A DNA stretch of 59,010 nt from a virus (lineage: Duplodnaviria; Caudoviricetes): IMG/VR virus record IMGVR_UViG_3300030330_002105, positions 1 to 59,010 of that record; one strand, 5' to 3'. The translations under genes were made by a program, and so were the position numbers. The notes under the pieces are model-generated. The model had not been told where the DNA came from. It saw nothing but the letters and a program-made list of their open reading frames with translations, and searched no databases. Position 1 is the first letter of the stretch, and each line of letters starts with the position of its first letter. Shown piece by piece: positions 16,899 through 26,459 of the stretch.

Positions 16899-19800
16899 GG
16901 TTAATTAAAAGTTTCATACAGGGTATAATGAACAAAGGCCTTGATGAACGTTTGATACCAGACGGTCAGTATAGGGATGCGTTAAACATTGAAGTATCTG
17001 CATCGGAAGGTGCAGGCGTAGGTGCGGTAGAAAACATCAAGGGTAATACTAATGTATCTAATCAAACATTTACAGGAACAGGAGCTAAAACAATAGGTGC
17101 TATTGCTGATGAGGCTAATAATAATATTTATTGGTTTGTTACAGATTCAGATTTTGATTATGTATTAAAGTACAACGAAATCAATGGTGTTACTACCACA
17201 TTACTAAAAGACACAAAAGGTAAAGTATTAAAGTTTGATTCTAGTTATTTAATAACTGGTGTTAATATTATAGATGATTTATTATTCTGGACTGATAATC
17301 TAAACCCACCAAGACGATTAAACGTAAAAAAATATTATGCACCTAATATTGCCCCTTCTTTTGATTCTTTTTATGAGGATGATATTTCAGTTATAGTTAA
17401 ACCTCCAGTAAATGGTCCTAATATTGAGTTAACAAGTTCAGCGGTTCAGTTTCAAGAAAATAATTTAAAGTACAAGTTTTTACAGTTTGCATGTAGATAC
17501 AAGTATGAGAACGATGAGTATAGTGCTATATCTTCTTTTTCTTCAACAGCATTTTTACCTTCTTCTTTTAATTATGTAATTGGTGAGGATTCATTTGAAT
17601 CAATGACTAATAGTTTTAATGAGGTAGCTGTAGATTATTTTATAAATGGATCTAATCCAGGATCAGGATGGGTTCCAGACCCTAGAATAAAAGAGGTTCA
17701 GTTATTATTTAGAGATACAGCTAGCACCAATATAAATGTTATTGAGTCTTTTAAAATTGAAGATATTATAAATGATCCTTCCTTAGGTATTGATACTAAT
17801 GGTAGGTTTACTAATAAATTTGATAATAGTAAAATATACACGGTATTACCTCCAGATGAGATTACTAGGTTGTTTGATAATGTACCGTTAAAAGCACAAG
17901 CACAGGAACTTATAGGGAGTAGAATTGCATATGGTAACTATCTACAGTTTTATGATATAGAAGATGCTAGTGGTACAGAGATTGACATAGATTATACTTT
18001 AGATATTGAGTCAATACCTTTACCAACTACAACTCCACTTCCTACGTTTAGAAGTGATAGAGATTATGAAATAGGGTTAGTATATTTAGATGAATATAGT
18101 AGGATGACTACGGTATTAACCTCTCCAAATAATACTATTAATATTAAACCATCTGATTCTGATTCTGCTAATGATATTAGAGTGTCTATAAATAATGAAG
18201 CCCCAGCATTTGCTAAAAAGTATAGAATATTTATTAAGCAAGCTAAGGGGGATTATTATAATATATTTTCTTTATGGTATGCACAAGACGGGATGTATAC
18301 ATGGTTTCAAATAAATTCATCAGAGGTTGATAAAGTTCCAATTGGAAGTTATGTAATAATAAAAACAGCCGCAGGATTAGCTACTGAAAGTAATAAACAA
18401 TATAAAGTTTTAGATGTTCAATCTCAACCAGAAAATTTTTTAGATAACGGAGAGACTCAAGTAAAGGGTGTGTATTTTAAACTTCAAGTAGACGATCCCT
18501 CAATATTTGACAGTAATAATATAACCAACTTACCTTATATTAATGAGGGTAGGGGTTCTACTTATGACGATGTAAATGGGGATTGGAAATCTATTCCATA
18601 TATTAGAGGTTTGGATTTCCCCACTAATGGGGGAGCTGGTTTAATTAATTATCCAATATATTACGGAAATTCTAATTCTCATAACTCTATAATACCTCAG
18701 CATGGATTTATACCAGATCCTTTAGATCAAGATTATAGATTAAAAATAATAATTACCTCACCTGGACCAAACAATGTAAATAGATACAGGGTGGATAAAT
18801 TTGAGTTAAACTCTACTGGAGGGGGTTACGTTCCTATGGTACCTGAAACGGATATAACAGCAGCAACTCAAAATGTGTTGGCTTCCCCAGGAAGTACTGT
18901 TATTGTTTATAGTTTTAAATTTCCACAACAAATGTTGCAAGGATATAAAGTGGGAGATTATTGGATTGTAAACATTCATAATGTTCACGGAACAGCTAAT
19001 AGAGGAACTTTAGGTGGGGTTTTAAATAGATGGGAATATAATCAACAATCTCCAATAAACACTTACCACACAGCTATAGCTCAGGGATTAGATTTTTTTA
19101 AAGATGACCAAGGAAACGATATAACAGGATTGCCTCAAGCTCAATACGCTTTACCGATTGTTGACAGACCTATAAAGGCTGGTGCTAGAATAACTATAAA
19201 TGTAAGTGATAAATCTACATCATCAGGTTCTCAAACTATACATTCAACAGAGAATGAATTTATATCTCCACGAGATTATTTAAATATAGAGGAGTGGTTT
19301 TGGGAAAGTGGTGCATATAAAGATTTTAAACAGCTAGGAACTCCTACAGCATTACAGAGTCAGTTAGGAACAATATCTTCTCAGTTTCAAAACGAACTAG
19401 GGGCGGCTAATGTTTTTTTTAGACGAGGATTTACTTTTAACAATTCTTCAACATCAGGATGTAGTCAGAGTAATAGTATTTATCAAAAAACATTTAACGC
19501 AGCAACAGGGCTACCAAACAACCCACCAGGAGCGAATAGTAGTTGGAGTCAATATATCGCTACTGCACCTATTTGGATGATGATAAGAGGAACAGGACAG
19601 CCTGATTCAAGTAGTAATTTAACGGATTGTGTAGGGGCTCCTAGAATAGAGGTGTTTTTTTCACTTAAGCAACAAGAAAATGCTAATGTATTTGAGACTA
19701 CTCCTATAGAGAATCCTGCGGATATATACCACGAGCTTAGTGAGACATTAGATATTGTAAATGGGGCTCATCAGGGGAACTTAGGTGCCGCCTCAAATCA

Positions 19801-22522
19801 AAGCTTAACATCTAATTCACCAGCTGTAGTTAGTTTAAATACCTCAACAAAACCAGGTGCTACTACGTTTGATATTGAAAACAGTATGTATAATGCTTAT
19901 TGCTTTGGTAATGGTGTTGAAGGTCTTAGAATACGGGGGGACTTTAATGCACCTACACTAAAATACTCACCAAGGGTAAGCTCTGTTATAGAGGATTATA
20001 AACAACAAAGAGTAGAGGAGGCTATAACGTATAGCGGTATATATAGAGAAAATACAGGCATAAATAACCTAAATGAGTTTAATCTATCGTTAGCTAACTT
20101 TAAGTACCTAGATAAGTTCTTTGGTTCTATTCAGAAACTTCACGCAAGAGATACAGATATTGTAGCCTTTCAAGAAAACAAGGTGTCTAAAATACTATAC
20201 GGTAAAAACTTACTTAGCGATTCTGTAGGTGGTGGTGCGGTAGCATCTATACCAGAAGTATTAGGAACGCAAATAACCTACACAGGAGAGTATGGTATAA
20301 GTGAAAACCCAGAGAGTTTTGCTACGTGGGGTAATGACATGTACTTCACAGACTCTAGACGAGGTGCGGTAATGCGATTAGGAGCTAATGGTATGTTTGA
20401 GATATCATCTCAAGGGATGAGAAATTATTTTAAGGAATTATTTATTACCAACAGCAGAACACAACACTTAGGGGCTATTGATCCATTTAAGGAGAGATAT
20501 GTACTAGGAACAAATAACACCCTTAATCCACCGTGTGATTTTAAAGTGTCTAGTAGATTTGAACCAAATATCAGTAGTGCAGCAGGCACTTATCAGTTTA
20601 GTGTAGCGTCAAATACTGAATGGACGATTACATGGACAGGAACAGGTATTACATCCGTAAATGGTGTAGGGGCCTCTCCTTATTCTGGCGAAGATTCAGA
20701 GATTGTAGATGTAGTATTTGCAGCTAATGGAACAGGAGCTAATAGAAGTTTTACTATTACATTTCAAGCGTGTGGACAAAGCTATCCATTTACTATTACC
20801 CAGTCAGGTAAAACTAGACTAATTAGAAAAGTAGTTGTAGTTGGAAACAGTGTGGACAGCGGATTAATAGCAAATCAAAAATATGACTTTACTAGTAATA
20901 CTACAGGTGGCGATATAGATTTTGACGGGGTAACTATTTTAAATAACGCATTCGCATTAGATAATAGCTTCAATTCATTTGAAGGGGTTGATTCTATGCC
21001 AGTGTCTGGAGATACTGTAACCTTAAAAGCAGGCGTAACTGGAACGTCAACTATCAAACCATTTAATCCTAACTTTGGCAACTCATTAAGATACTTAGTT
21101 TCTAATGTAGAGTATACCGAGGAGGATGTAAAGACATTAATATCTCTTTCTACTGCTACGGTCCCAGCTATTGTAGGTAGTAACTATGAGGGGTCATTTA
21201 CATTTACTAGAACTACAGAGAAGTTTTTGTATTTAATATATGACTATAGAAATAATATTACCGCACCTGCTACACTTACAAGTAGTGCATCAATTAGTGG
21301 AACGGTTAATTCTATTGTAGATTATACTAATAGAAGAGGTAATGTAACTATTCGATGTACACCATCAGGGGTTAACACCTTTTATGTTAAGTGGAATAAT
21401 AGAATAGTAGGTCAGGCCATTAATATAGCAGTTCTTACAGACATTACTTTCTTTAAGAATGAATTACTTCCTGGTGAAGTAGAGGTTATTGCTGAAGGTG
21501 GAGGAGCCTTTACAGCTCAAGCAGCAGCCAGCACATTAGCATCATTTGCTATAGATACTACTGATGATACCTTAACAAGTGTATGTGCGGCTACTACATC
21601 TCCAGATACTAGATATCACTCAGGAGCCCCTGGATTACCAGCAGTAGGCGATGTGGTATATAATGAGTTAAGTGGATTAAATGCTTATGACGGTAACAAT
21701 GCTTTCCATAGAATAGGTCCTGCACCTACTACGGATTATGCACTTATAAATGATGAGGGAGGAGTATTGACTATAGGTAGTTGTTCTTCGTGTGCTGAGG
21801 TAGCTGTTCCAGTAATTAATCAACCTAACATAACACTAACGGTAGGAGATTCGATAGATTTAAAAATACCTGTCAGTAATAATCCTATTAGTTTTACCGT
21901 TTCTACTACATGTAATACTTATCAATTAAATGGCGGCACTGATGGTGCTATATTTACTACTACCGACTGCACTACAGGTGCGACTGTTACCACTACAGTA
22001 GTTAGTAATTCATTCCAAGAAATATGTACTACAACAGCTCCTGTGCTTGTGTCAGGAACAGGGACATCTTCTTTAACTGGAACTTGTGATGAGGAATCAT
22101 TCCCTCCAGGTATATCCCTTGATAAAGTAAATGGTATATTTAATGGTACTGCAACTACTTCAGGAATTTACACTGTACGAATAACAGCGACTAATTGTTT
22201 TGGAACAAGTGTTATAAATAATATAGTGTTTACGGTTAATCCATCAGTGACTGAAAAAAGGTTTAACATGGACACATCTAATCCAGAAACTACTAGCACA
22301 TTAGCGTGTGGTGTTACACCATCTTACACTGCAATGTATCATAGTGGAGAGGGAGAATACCCAGTAGTAAATGATTTTATTTACGAGATGTGTGATTGTA
22401 ACTTAAAACTATACAAGGGAGGTTACCTATGGTTTATAACTGATCAGCTGACAGGTATTAAGAATAATGTAATAAGAGTAGATGACACAGGACAGGTGGT
22501 TGAAAAAGTAGTGTGTCCTTAA
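16895..22522 (+). CDS. Tail nozzle/stabilisation protein with C-terminal BACON-like, Ig-like and Cys-rich modules
   Basis: GMNKGLDERL...YRDALN N-terminus, LFWTDN.NPPR, EYGIS.NPESFA, YFTD..RGAV motifs of P22 gp10/crAss-muzzle-like proteins. Confidence 0.7.
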   Translation: MRLIKSFIQGIMNKGLDERLIPDGQYRDALNIEVSASEGAGVGAVENIKGNTNVSNQTFTGTGAKTIGAIADEANNNIYWFVTDSDFDYVLKYNEINGVTTTLLKDTKGKVLKFDSSYLITGVNIIDDLLFWTDNLNPPRRLNVKKYYAPNIAPSFDSFYEDDISVIVKPPVNGPNIELTSSAVQFQENNLKYKFLQFACRYKYENDEYSAISSFSSTAFLPSSFNYVIGEDSFESMTNSFNEVAVDYFINGSNPGSGWVPDPRIKEVQLLFRDTASTNINVIESFKIEDIINDPSLGIDTNGRFTNKFDNSKIYTVLPPDEITRLFDNVPLKAQAQELIGSRIAYGNYLQFYDIEDASGTEIDIDYTLDIESIPLPTTTPLPTFRSDRDYEIGLVYLDEYSRMTTVLTSPNNTINIKPSDSDSANDIRVSINNEAPAFAKKYRIFIKQAKGDYYNIFSLWYAQDGMYTWFQINSSEVDKVPIGSYVIIKTAAGLATESNKQYKVLDVQSQPENFLDNGETQVKGVYFKLQVDDPSIFDSNNITNLPYINEGRGSTYDDVNGDWKSIPYIRGLDFPTNGGAGLINYPIYYGNSNSHNSIIPQHGFIPDPLDQDYRLKIIITSPGPNNVNRYRVDKFELNSTGGGYVPMVPETDITAATQNVLASPGSTVIVYSFKFPQQMLQGYKVGDYWIVNIHNVHGTANRGTLGGVLNRWEYNQQSPINTYHTAIAQGLDFFKDDQGNDITGLPQAQYALPIVDRPIKAGARITINVSDKSTSSGSQTIHSTENEFISPRDYLNIEEWFWESGAYKDFKQLGTPTALQSQLGTISSQFQNELGAANVFFRRGFTFNNSSTSGCSQSNSIYQKTFNAATGLPNNPPGANSSWSQYIATAPIWMMIRGTGQPDSSSNLTDCVGAPRIEVFFSLKQQENANVFETTPIENPADIYHELSETLDIVNGAHQGNLGAASNQSLTSNSPAVVSLNTSTKPGATTFDIENSMYNAYCFGNGVEGLRIRGDFNAPTLKYSPRVSSVIEDYKQQRVEEAITYSGIYRENTGINNLNEFNLSLANFKYLDKFFGSIQKLHARDTDIVAFQENKVSKILYGKNLLSDSVGGGAVASIPEVLGTQITYTGEYGISENPESFATWGNDMYFTDSRRGAVMRLGANGMFEISSQGMRNYFKELFITNSRTQHLGAIDPFKERYVLGTNNTLNPPCDFKVSSRFEPNISSAAGTYQFSVASNTEWTITWTGTGITSVNGVGASPYSGEDSEIVDVVFAANGTGANRSFTITFQACGQSYPFTITQSGKTRLIRKVVVVGNSVDSGLIANQKYDFTSNTTGGDIDFDGVTILNNAFALDNSFNSFEGVDSMPVSGDTVTLKAGVTGTSTIKPFNPNFGNSLRYLVSNVEYTEEDVKTLISLSTATVPAIVGSNYEGSFTFTRTTEKFLYLIYDYRNNITAPATLTSSASISGTVNSIVDYTNRRGNVTIRCTPSGVNTFYVKWNNRIVGQAINIAVLTDITFFKNELLPGEVEVIAEGGGAFTAQAAASTLASFAIDTTDDTLTSVCAATTSPDTRYHSGAPGLPAVGDVVYNELSGLNAYDGNNAFHRIGPAPTTDYALINDEGGVLTIGSCSSCAEVAVPVINQPNITLTVGDSIDLKIPVSNNPISFTVSTTCNTYQLNGGTDGAIFTTTDCTTGATVTTTVVSNSFQEICTTTAPVLVSGTGTSSLTGTCDEESFPPGISLDKVNGIFNGTATTSGIYTVRITATNCFGTSVINNIVFTVNPSVTEKRFNMDTSNPETTSTLACGVTPSYTAMYHSGEGEYPVVNDFIYEMCDCNLKLYKGGYLWFITDQLTGIKNNVIRVDDTGQVVEKVVCP

Positions 22523-22532
22523 ATAGTAAGCA

Positions 22533-23495
22533 ATGGCAGAGTCAACAGTAACATACGGAATAGCAAATAGTGGTTGGACATCTTTTCATTCGTACTTACC
22601 TGAATGGATGATAGGGATGAATAGTAACTTCTATACGTTTAAGGGTGGTAACATGTGGAAGCATTATAATAATAACACCCGAAACAATTACTATGGTGTA
22701 CAGTATACCTCTAAGATAACGCCAGTTTTTAATGATAATCCTACGGAAAATAAAATGTTTAAGACCATATCATTAGAAAGTAATGCTGCGTGGAAGACCA
22801 CCGTTACTACTGATCAGTCTAGTGGTTTTATGGAGGCCTCTTACTATCAATTAAAGGAGGGAGATTATTATGCATACATACGAAGGGTAGCAGGTAGCAC
22901 TGACTTAGACCTAATGTCTGCACAAGGTATAGGTAACGTTACCACGGTAACAACTTCTGTAAAGGATTCAGGAACAACAACAGGTACCACAGCTTTTAAA
23001 TTAATTGAAGCAGGTCAAAACTTTGTAACTACAGTAAGTGTAGGAGATACTGTAAATAATACTACAGATGGCACAACTGCAATTGTTACAGCAATAGATA
23101 GTAACACTCAATTAAGTATAGATTGTGATATAATGGTTTCAGGAGAAACTTATACTATCAATGCTACTACCTTAGCTTTTAATTTTACTTTAGATAGTAT
23201 TATAAGTATAGGTGACACAATATATTTTGGGGCTACACCAACGTTAGGTGGTACTATTACAGCTATTGACAGAGTAAATAATGTTATAACTATTAGTTTA
23301 ACAAGTGATGGTTCGTGTGGAAATATAACTGGTACAGCTCCTGTAAATGGAGATTATATATTATATTTAAAAAATGCACAGGCAGAATCTTACGGTGCAA
23401 GGGGTTATTACATGGAGACATTACTTGAAAACGACAGTACTAGTGAGGTGGAATTATTTGCAATTTTTAGTGAAGTATTCAAAAGTTTCCCTTAA
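22533..23495 (+). CDS. Tail protein, likely split C-terminal part of nozzle
   Basis: GWTSFHSYLPEWM...FYTFKGG...K.FKTISLES...RGYY motifs. Confidence 0.55.
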   Translation: MAESTVTYGIANSGWTSFHSYLPEWMIGMNSNFYTFKGGNMWKHYNNNTRNNYYGVQYTSKITPVFNDNPTENKMFKTISLESNAAWKTTVTTDQSSGFMEASYYQLKEGDYYAYIRRVAGSTDLDLMSAQGIGNVTTVTTSVKDSGTTTGTTAFKLIEAGQNFVTTVSVGDTVNNTTDGTTAIVTAIDSNTQLSIDCDIMVSGETYTINATTLAFNFTLDSIISIGDTIYFGATPTLGGTITAIDRVNNVITISLTSDGSCGNITGTAPVNGDYILYLKNAQAESYGARGYYMETLLENDSTSEVELFAIFSEVFKSFP

Positions 23496-23500
23496 TTTAG

Positions 23501-23508
23501 TATCTTTG
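23501..23508 (+). promoter_or_regulatory. TAnnTTTG -7 element, 5 nt before ATG (leaderless candidate)
   Basis: TATCTTTG-tatca-ATG. Confidence 0.65.
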
Positions 23509-23513
23509 TATCA

Positions 23514-23918
23514 ATGAAATTTAATGTTAGGAAGTTAAACGCCAATGATTATGATGATGTTCTGGTAGGTTGGTGGAAGTCTTGGAAATGGACACCTCCG
23601 ACAAGAGATTTTTTACCAGAGAATGGAGAGGGTGGTTTTATGGTTTTAGATGGGGATACTCCTGTGTGTGCAGGATTTGTATACGTAACTAATTCTAAGG
23701 TAGCATGGTGTGAGTTTATTATTTCTAATCCTAACTATAAAGAGCATAGAAAAGAAGCGTTAAGCTTGTTGGTAGAAACTATTAATACCTTGTGTATAGA
23801 ACTAGAAATGAAGTATATATATGCACTACTTAAAAGTAAAAGTTTAATAGATTTATATTCAAACTTAGGGTACCGACAAGCAGATGAATACAAAAGTGAA
23901 ATGATAAAAGTATTATAA
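23514..23918 (+). CDS. GNAT-like acetyltransferase
   Basis: PVCAGFVY...ISNP.Y...LY..LGY pattern; usual podovirus position before ejection proteins. Confidence 0.6.
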   Translation: MKFNVRKLNANDYDDVLVGWWKSWKWTPPTRDFLPENGEGGFMVLDGDTPVCAGFVYVTNSKVAWCEFIISNPNYKEHRKEALSLLVETINTLCIELEMKYIYALLKSKSLIDLYSNLGYRQADEYKSEMIKVL

Positions 23919-23919
23919 T

Positions 23920-24756
23920 ATGGCAGCAGCAACAACAATAATAGCAGGAAGTGCAGCACTAGCGTCCACAGGGTTAGGTATAGGTCAAGCAATAGCAGGA
24001 GCTACTAAAAAGAAAGATGCTCAAGATGCAATAAATCAATCGGTTAAAGAATTACGAACAATGATTAAGCAGGGGCAAGCTAATAGATTAAAGGCTTTAC
24101 AGGTTCCTACTATGGGTGCAGAACTTAGAGAGAGAGCGTTAGCTAGAGGAACAGCAGGACAGGTTGAGGCTATGCAAGAAGCTGGTGCAGCAGGAGTTAT
24201 TGGTGGTGCAGGAAGACTCACTCAAGCAGTAGGTGAACAAGCAGAACAAGAGGCAGCACGTATAGATGCACTGCAATCTCAGAGAGATAGAGCAGTATTA
24301 CAACAAGAACAAGCACTAGAAAATCAACGTTATCAAGGGTTGTTAGGTTTAGAACAAATGGAATTACAAGGTGCGTCACAGGCGGCATCTGATGCTATGG
24401 CACAGCAGCAAGCAGGGGTTCTAGCTATTGGAACAGGATTAGGACAGATGGCGACATTAGGTGCTTCACTTGCTAATCCGTATGGTAATCAACAAACAAC
24501 AACAGATACTAAAACAACAACAGATACTACATTGCAAAAAGTGCAGAATAGGCCAACTGATGACTCAATCATTCAACGAAACCAACCTGATTTTAGAAAA
24601 GCTCGGTTAGATTCACAAGGACGAAACATGTATACTAATCCTGATTTTAATATAAATGACCCTAATGTGTTTGGAGAAAATATGTTCTATCAGTATAGTC
24701 CTAACCCAAACGTGCTTAATTATGCGGCACTTGGTTACTTAGGCGGTAACAATTAA
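23920..24756 (+). CDS. Internal virion (ejection) protein
   Basis: Ala/Gly/Gln-rich with hydrophobic Gly-Ala segments. Confidence 0.65.
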   Translation: MAAATTIIAGSAALASTGLGIGQAIAGATKKKDAQDAINQSVKELRTMIKQGQANRLKALQVPTMGAELRERALARGTAGQVEAMQEAGAAGVIGGAGRLTQAVGEQAEQEAARIDALQSQRDRAVLQQEQALENQRYQGLLGLEQMELQGASQAASDAMAQQQAGVLAIGTGLGQMATLGASLANPYGNQQTTTDTKTTTDTTLQKVQNRPTDDSIIQRNQPDFRKARLDSQGRNMYTNPDFNINDPNVFGENMFYQYSPNPNVLNYAALGYLGGNN

Positions 24757-24768
24757 TAAATTTAAACA

Positions 24769-26445
24769 ATGGCAGATTCATACGCAGGATACGTAAAAAG
24801 ACCAACCCCTATAAATTGGGGTGCAGTAGCAGGAGACATCGTTAATAGAATGGGTGATGTTGAGAAGGAACAAGAAGCGTTCAGAGAAAAGTATGATACG
24901 CTAGCTAATGATTTATATAATAAATTTGGTGAATATGAGGCTGGTAAGGATCAGCAAATGAACCAATTTATTTACAATGGAATAGCAGCTGGTAGAGATG
25001 TTTTGTCGGCACTACATCAAAAATTAAAACGAAGAGAAATATCTCCTGATGATTTTAACAGGGCTACAATGTCGATGAGTTCAGAAATGGATAAGTTAAA
25101 AACATTAACTGATAATTACGATGCAGCTATTGTAGCTACTATAGAGGGTATAGATAATGGTAAATTAGATAATGTTCTTTCTGGATGGGCATTAGAAAAG
25201 TTTGGTAATTTATCAAACCTAGGTGGAAAAAATTTACAGTGGATGCCTGGTCAAGATGGGTATACACCTTTATATGTAAATGAAGAAGGTAAGCCACCTA
25301 CATCTTTAGATGTTGCCACTAATCCTGCCAATTTAATTTTTAACAAGGTAGACCTTATTGAGCAATTAAAACCTGCGACTGGTGCAATAGGCGATTATAA
25401 GATAGCTATAGCTAATGGTAAATTAAACGACCCCACGGCTAGAGCAAATTATAAAAATTTTAGACAAGAACTTATCAATGAAATATTAAGTGACTCAAAA
25501 GCTGTTGCTAGTGTGTTAGCTCAATATGGAGGATATAAACCATATGCAGAAGGAGATAAAGTTCCTAATAAGGGTATTAAAATGCAGATAAGTGCTAATG
25601 GTAAGGAGTTTGATCCCCAGGTTGAAGGCTTAACAAAAACAGCGGAGGGTATAGTAGGAAACTTTATAGACCAAATGGTGGATTATGATGAAACAAAATA
25701 TAAGGTAACACCTTCAAAAACAACTCCTACTTATACTGAAGAAGAGCTTGCATTATTTAGCGAGGGATATAACGCCACATGGAGTGCCACTAATGCTGTA
25801 GACCAAAAAGGTTTTAAATTTATGGATAACAAACGGTACAACTTCGATATAGAGTCAGATAATACTATTACAGTAACTAATAAAGACGGAGAGGTAATGA
25901 TAGAAGGCTTAGAGAGAGGTAGTGCAGAAACGGCTAAAGCATTAGCTCCTTATTACTCAGAAAAATTTGGAGGAACTGGATGGCAGGTAATACATAAACA
26001 GCAACAACGAGCAGAGAAAATTCCTGGTAAGGTGGAAAGAGAAGAATATACTATCAGTTCAGAAGATTTAAACAAGGTTGGTCAGATAACTAAAATGAGT
26101 GAGAAAAAGGGTGAAGACGCATTTGCTATGATTGAAGAAATAATAACAGATGGAAACCCTAAAGCTAAGGTTGATTTTGTTGGTGTAGAATCAGCTGGTA
26201 ACCTTGCTGACAACTATAATCTAACTATAAAGATAGGTGATAAAGAGTATACAATATTAATTGATGAAGGTACAAGTGTAGTAGGTGACTCATATAATGA
26301 GGTATTAGCAAAAAATAAAAAAGAAATTACTAAAGCAATTAATGAATCTTTAGGTGTTACTACTAAAAAAACAATAGCACAACTAACAAAAGAAAACCCA
26401 AACAAAACATCTAAAGAGATTGTTGAAATGTTTAATGCTCAATAA
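24769..26445 (+). CDS. Internal virion (ejection) protein
   Basis: Second of three genes of increasing size. Confidence 0.55.
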   Translation: MADSYAGYVKRPTPINWGAVAGDIVNRMGDVEKEQEAFREKYDTLANDLYNKFGEYEAGKDQQMNQFIYNGIAAGRDVLSALHQKLKRREISPDDFNRATMSMSSEMDKLKTLTDNYDAAIVATIEGIDNGKLDNVLSGWALEKFGNLSNLGGKNLQWMPGQDGYTPLYVNEEGKPPTSLDVATNPANLIFNKVDLIEQLKPATGAIGDYKIAIANGKLNDPTARANYKNFRQELINEILSDSKAVASVLAQYGGYKPYAEGDKVPNKGIKMQISANGKEFDPQVEGLTKTAEGIVGNFIDQMVDYDETKYKVTPSKTTPTYTEEELALFSEGYNATWSATNAVDQKGFKFMDNKRYNFDIESDNTITVTNKDGEVMIEGLERGSAETAKALAPYYSEKFGGTGWQVIHKQQQRAEKIPGKVEREEYTISSEDLNKVGQITKMSEKKGEDAFAMIEEIITDGNPKAKVDFVGVESAGNLADNYNLTIKIGDKEYTILIDEGTSVVGDSYNEVLAKNKKEITKAINESLGVTTKKTIAQLTKENPNKTSKEIVEMFNAQ

Positions 26446-26459
26446 TAAAAAAAAAACTT

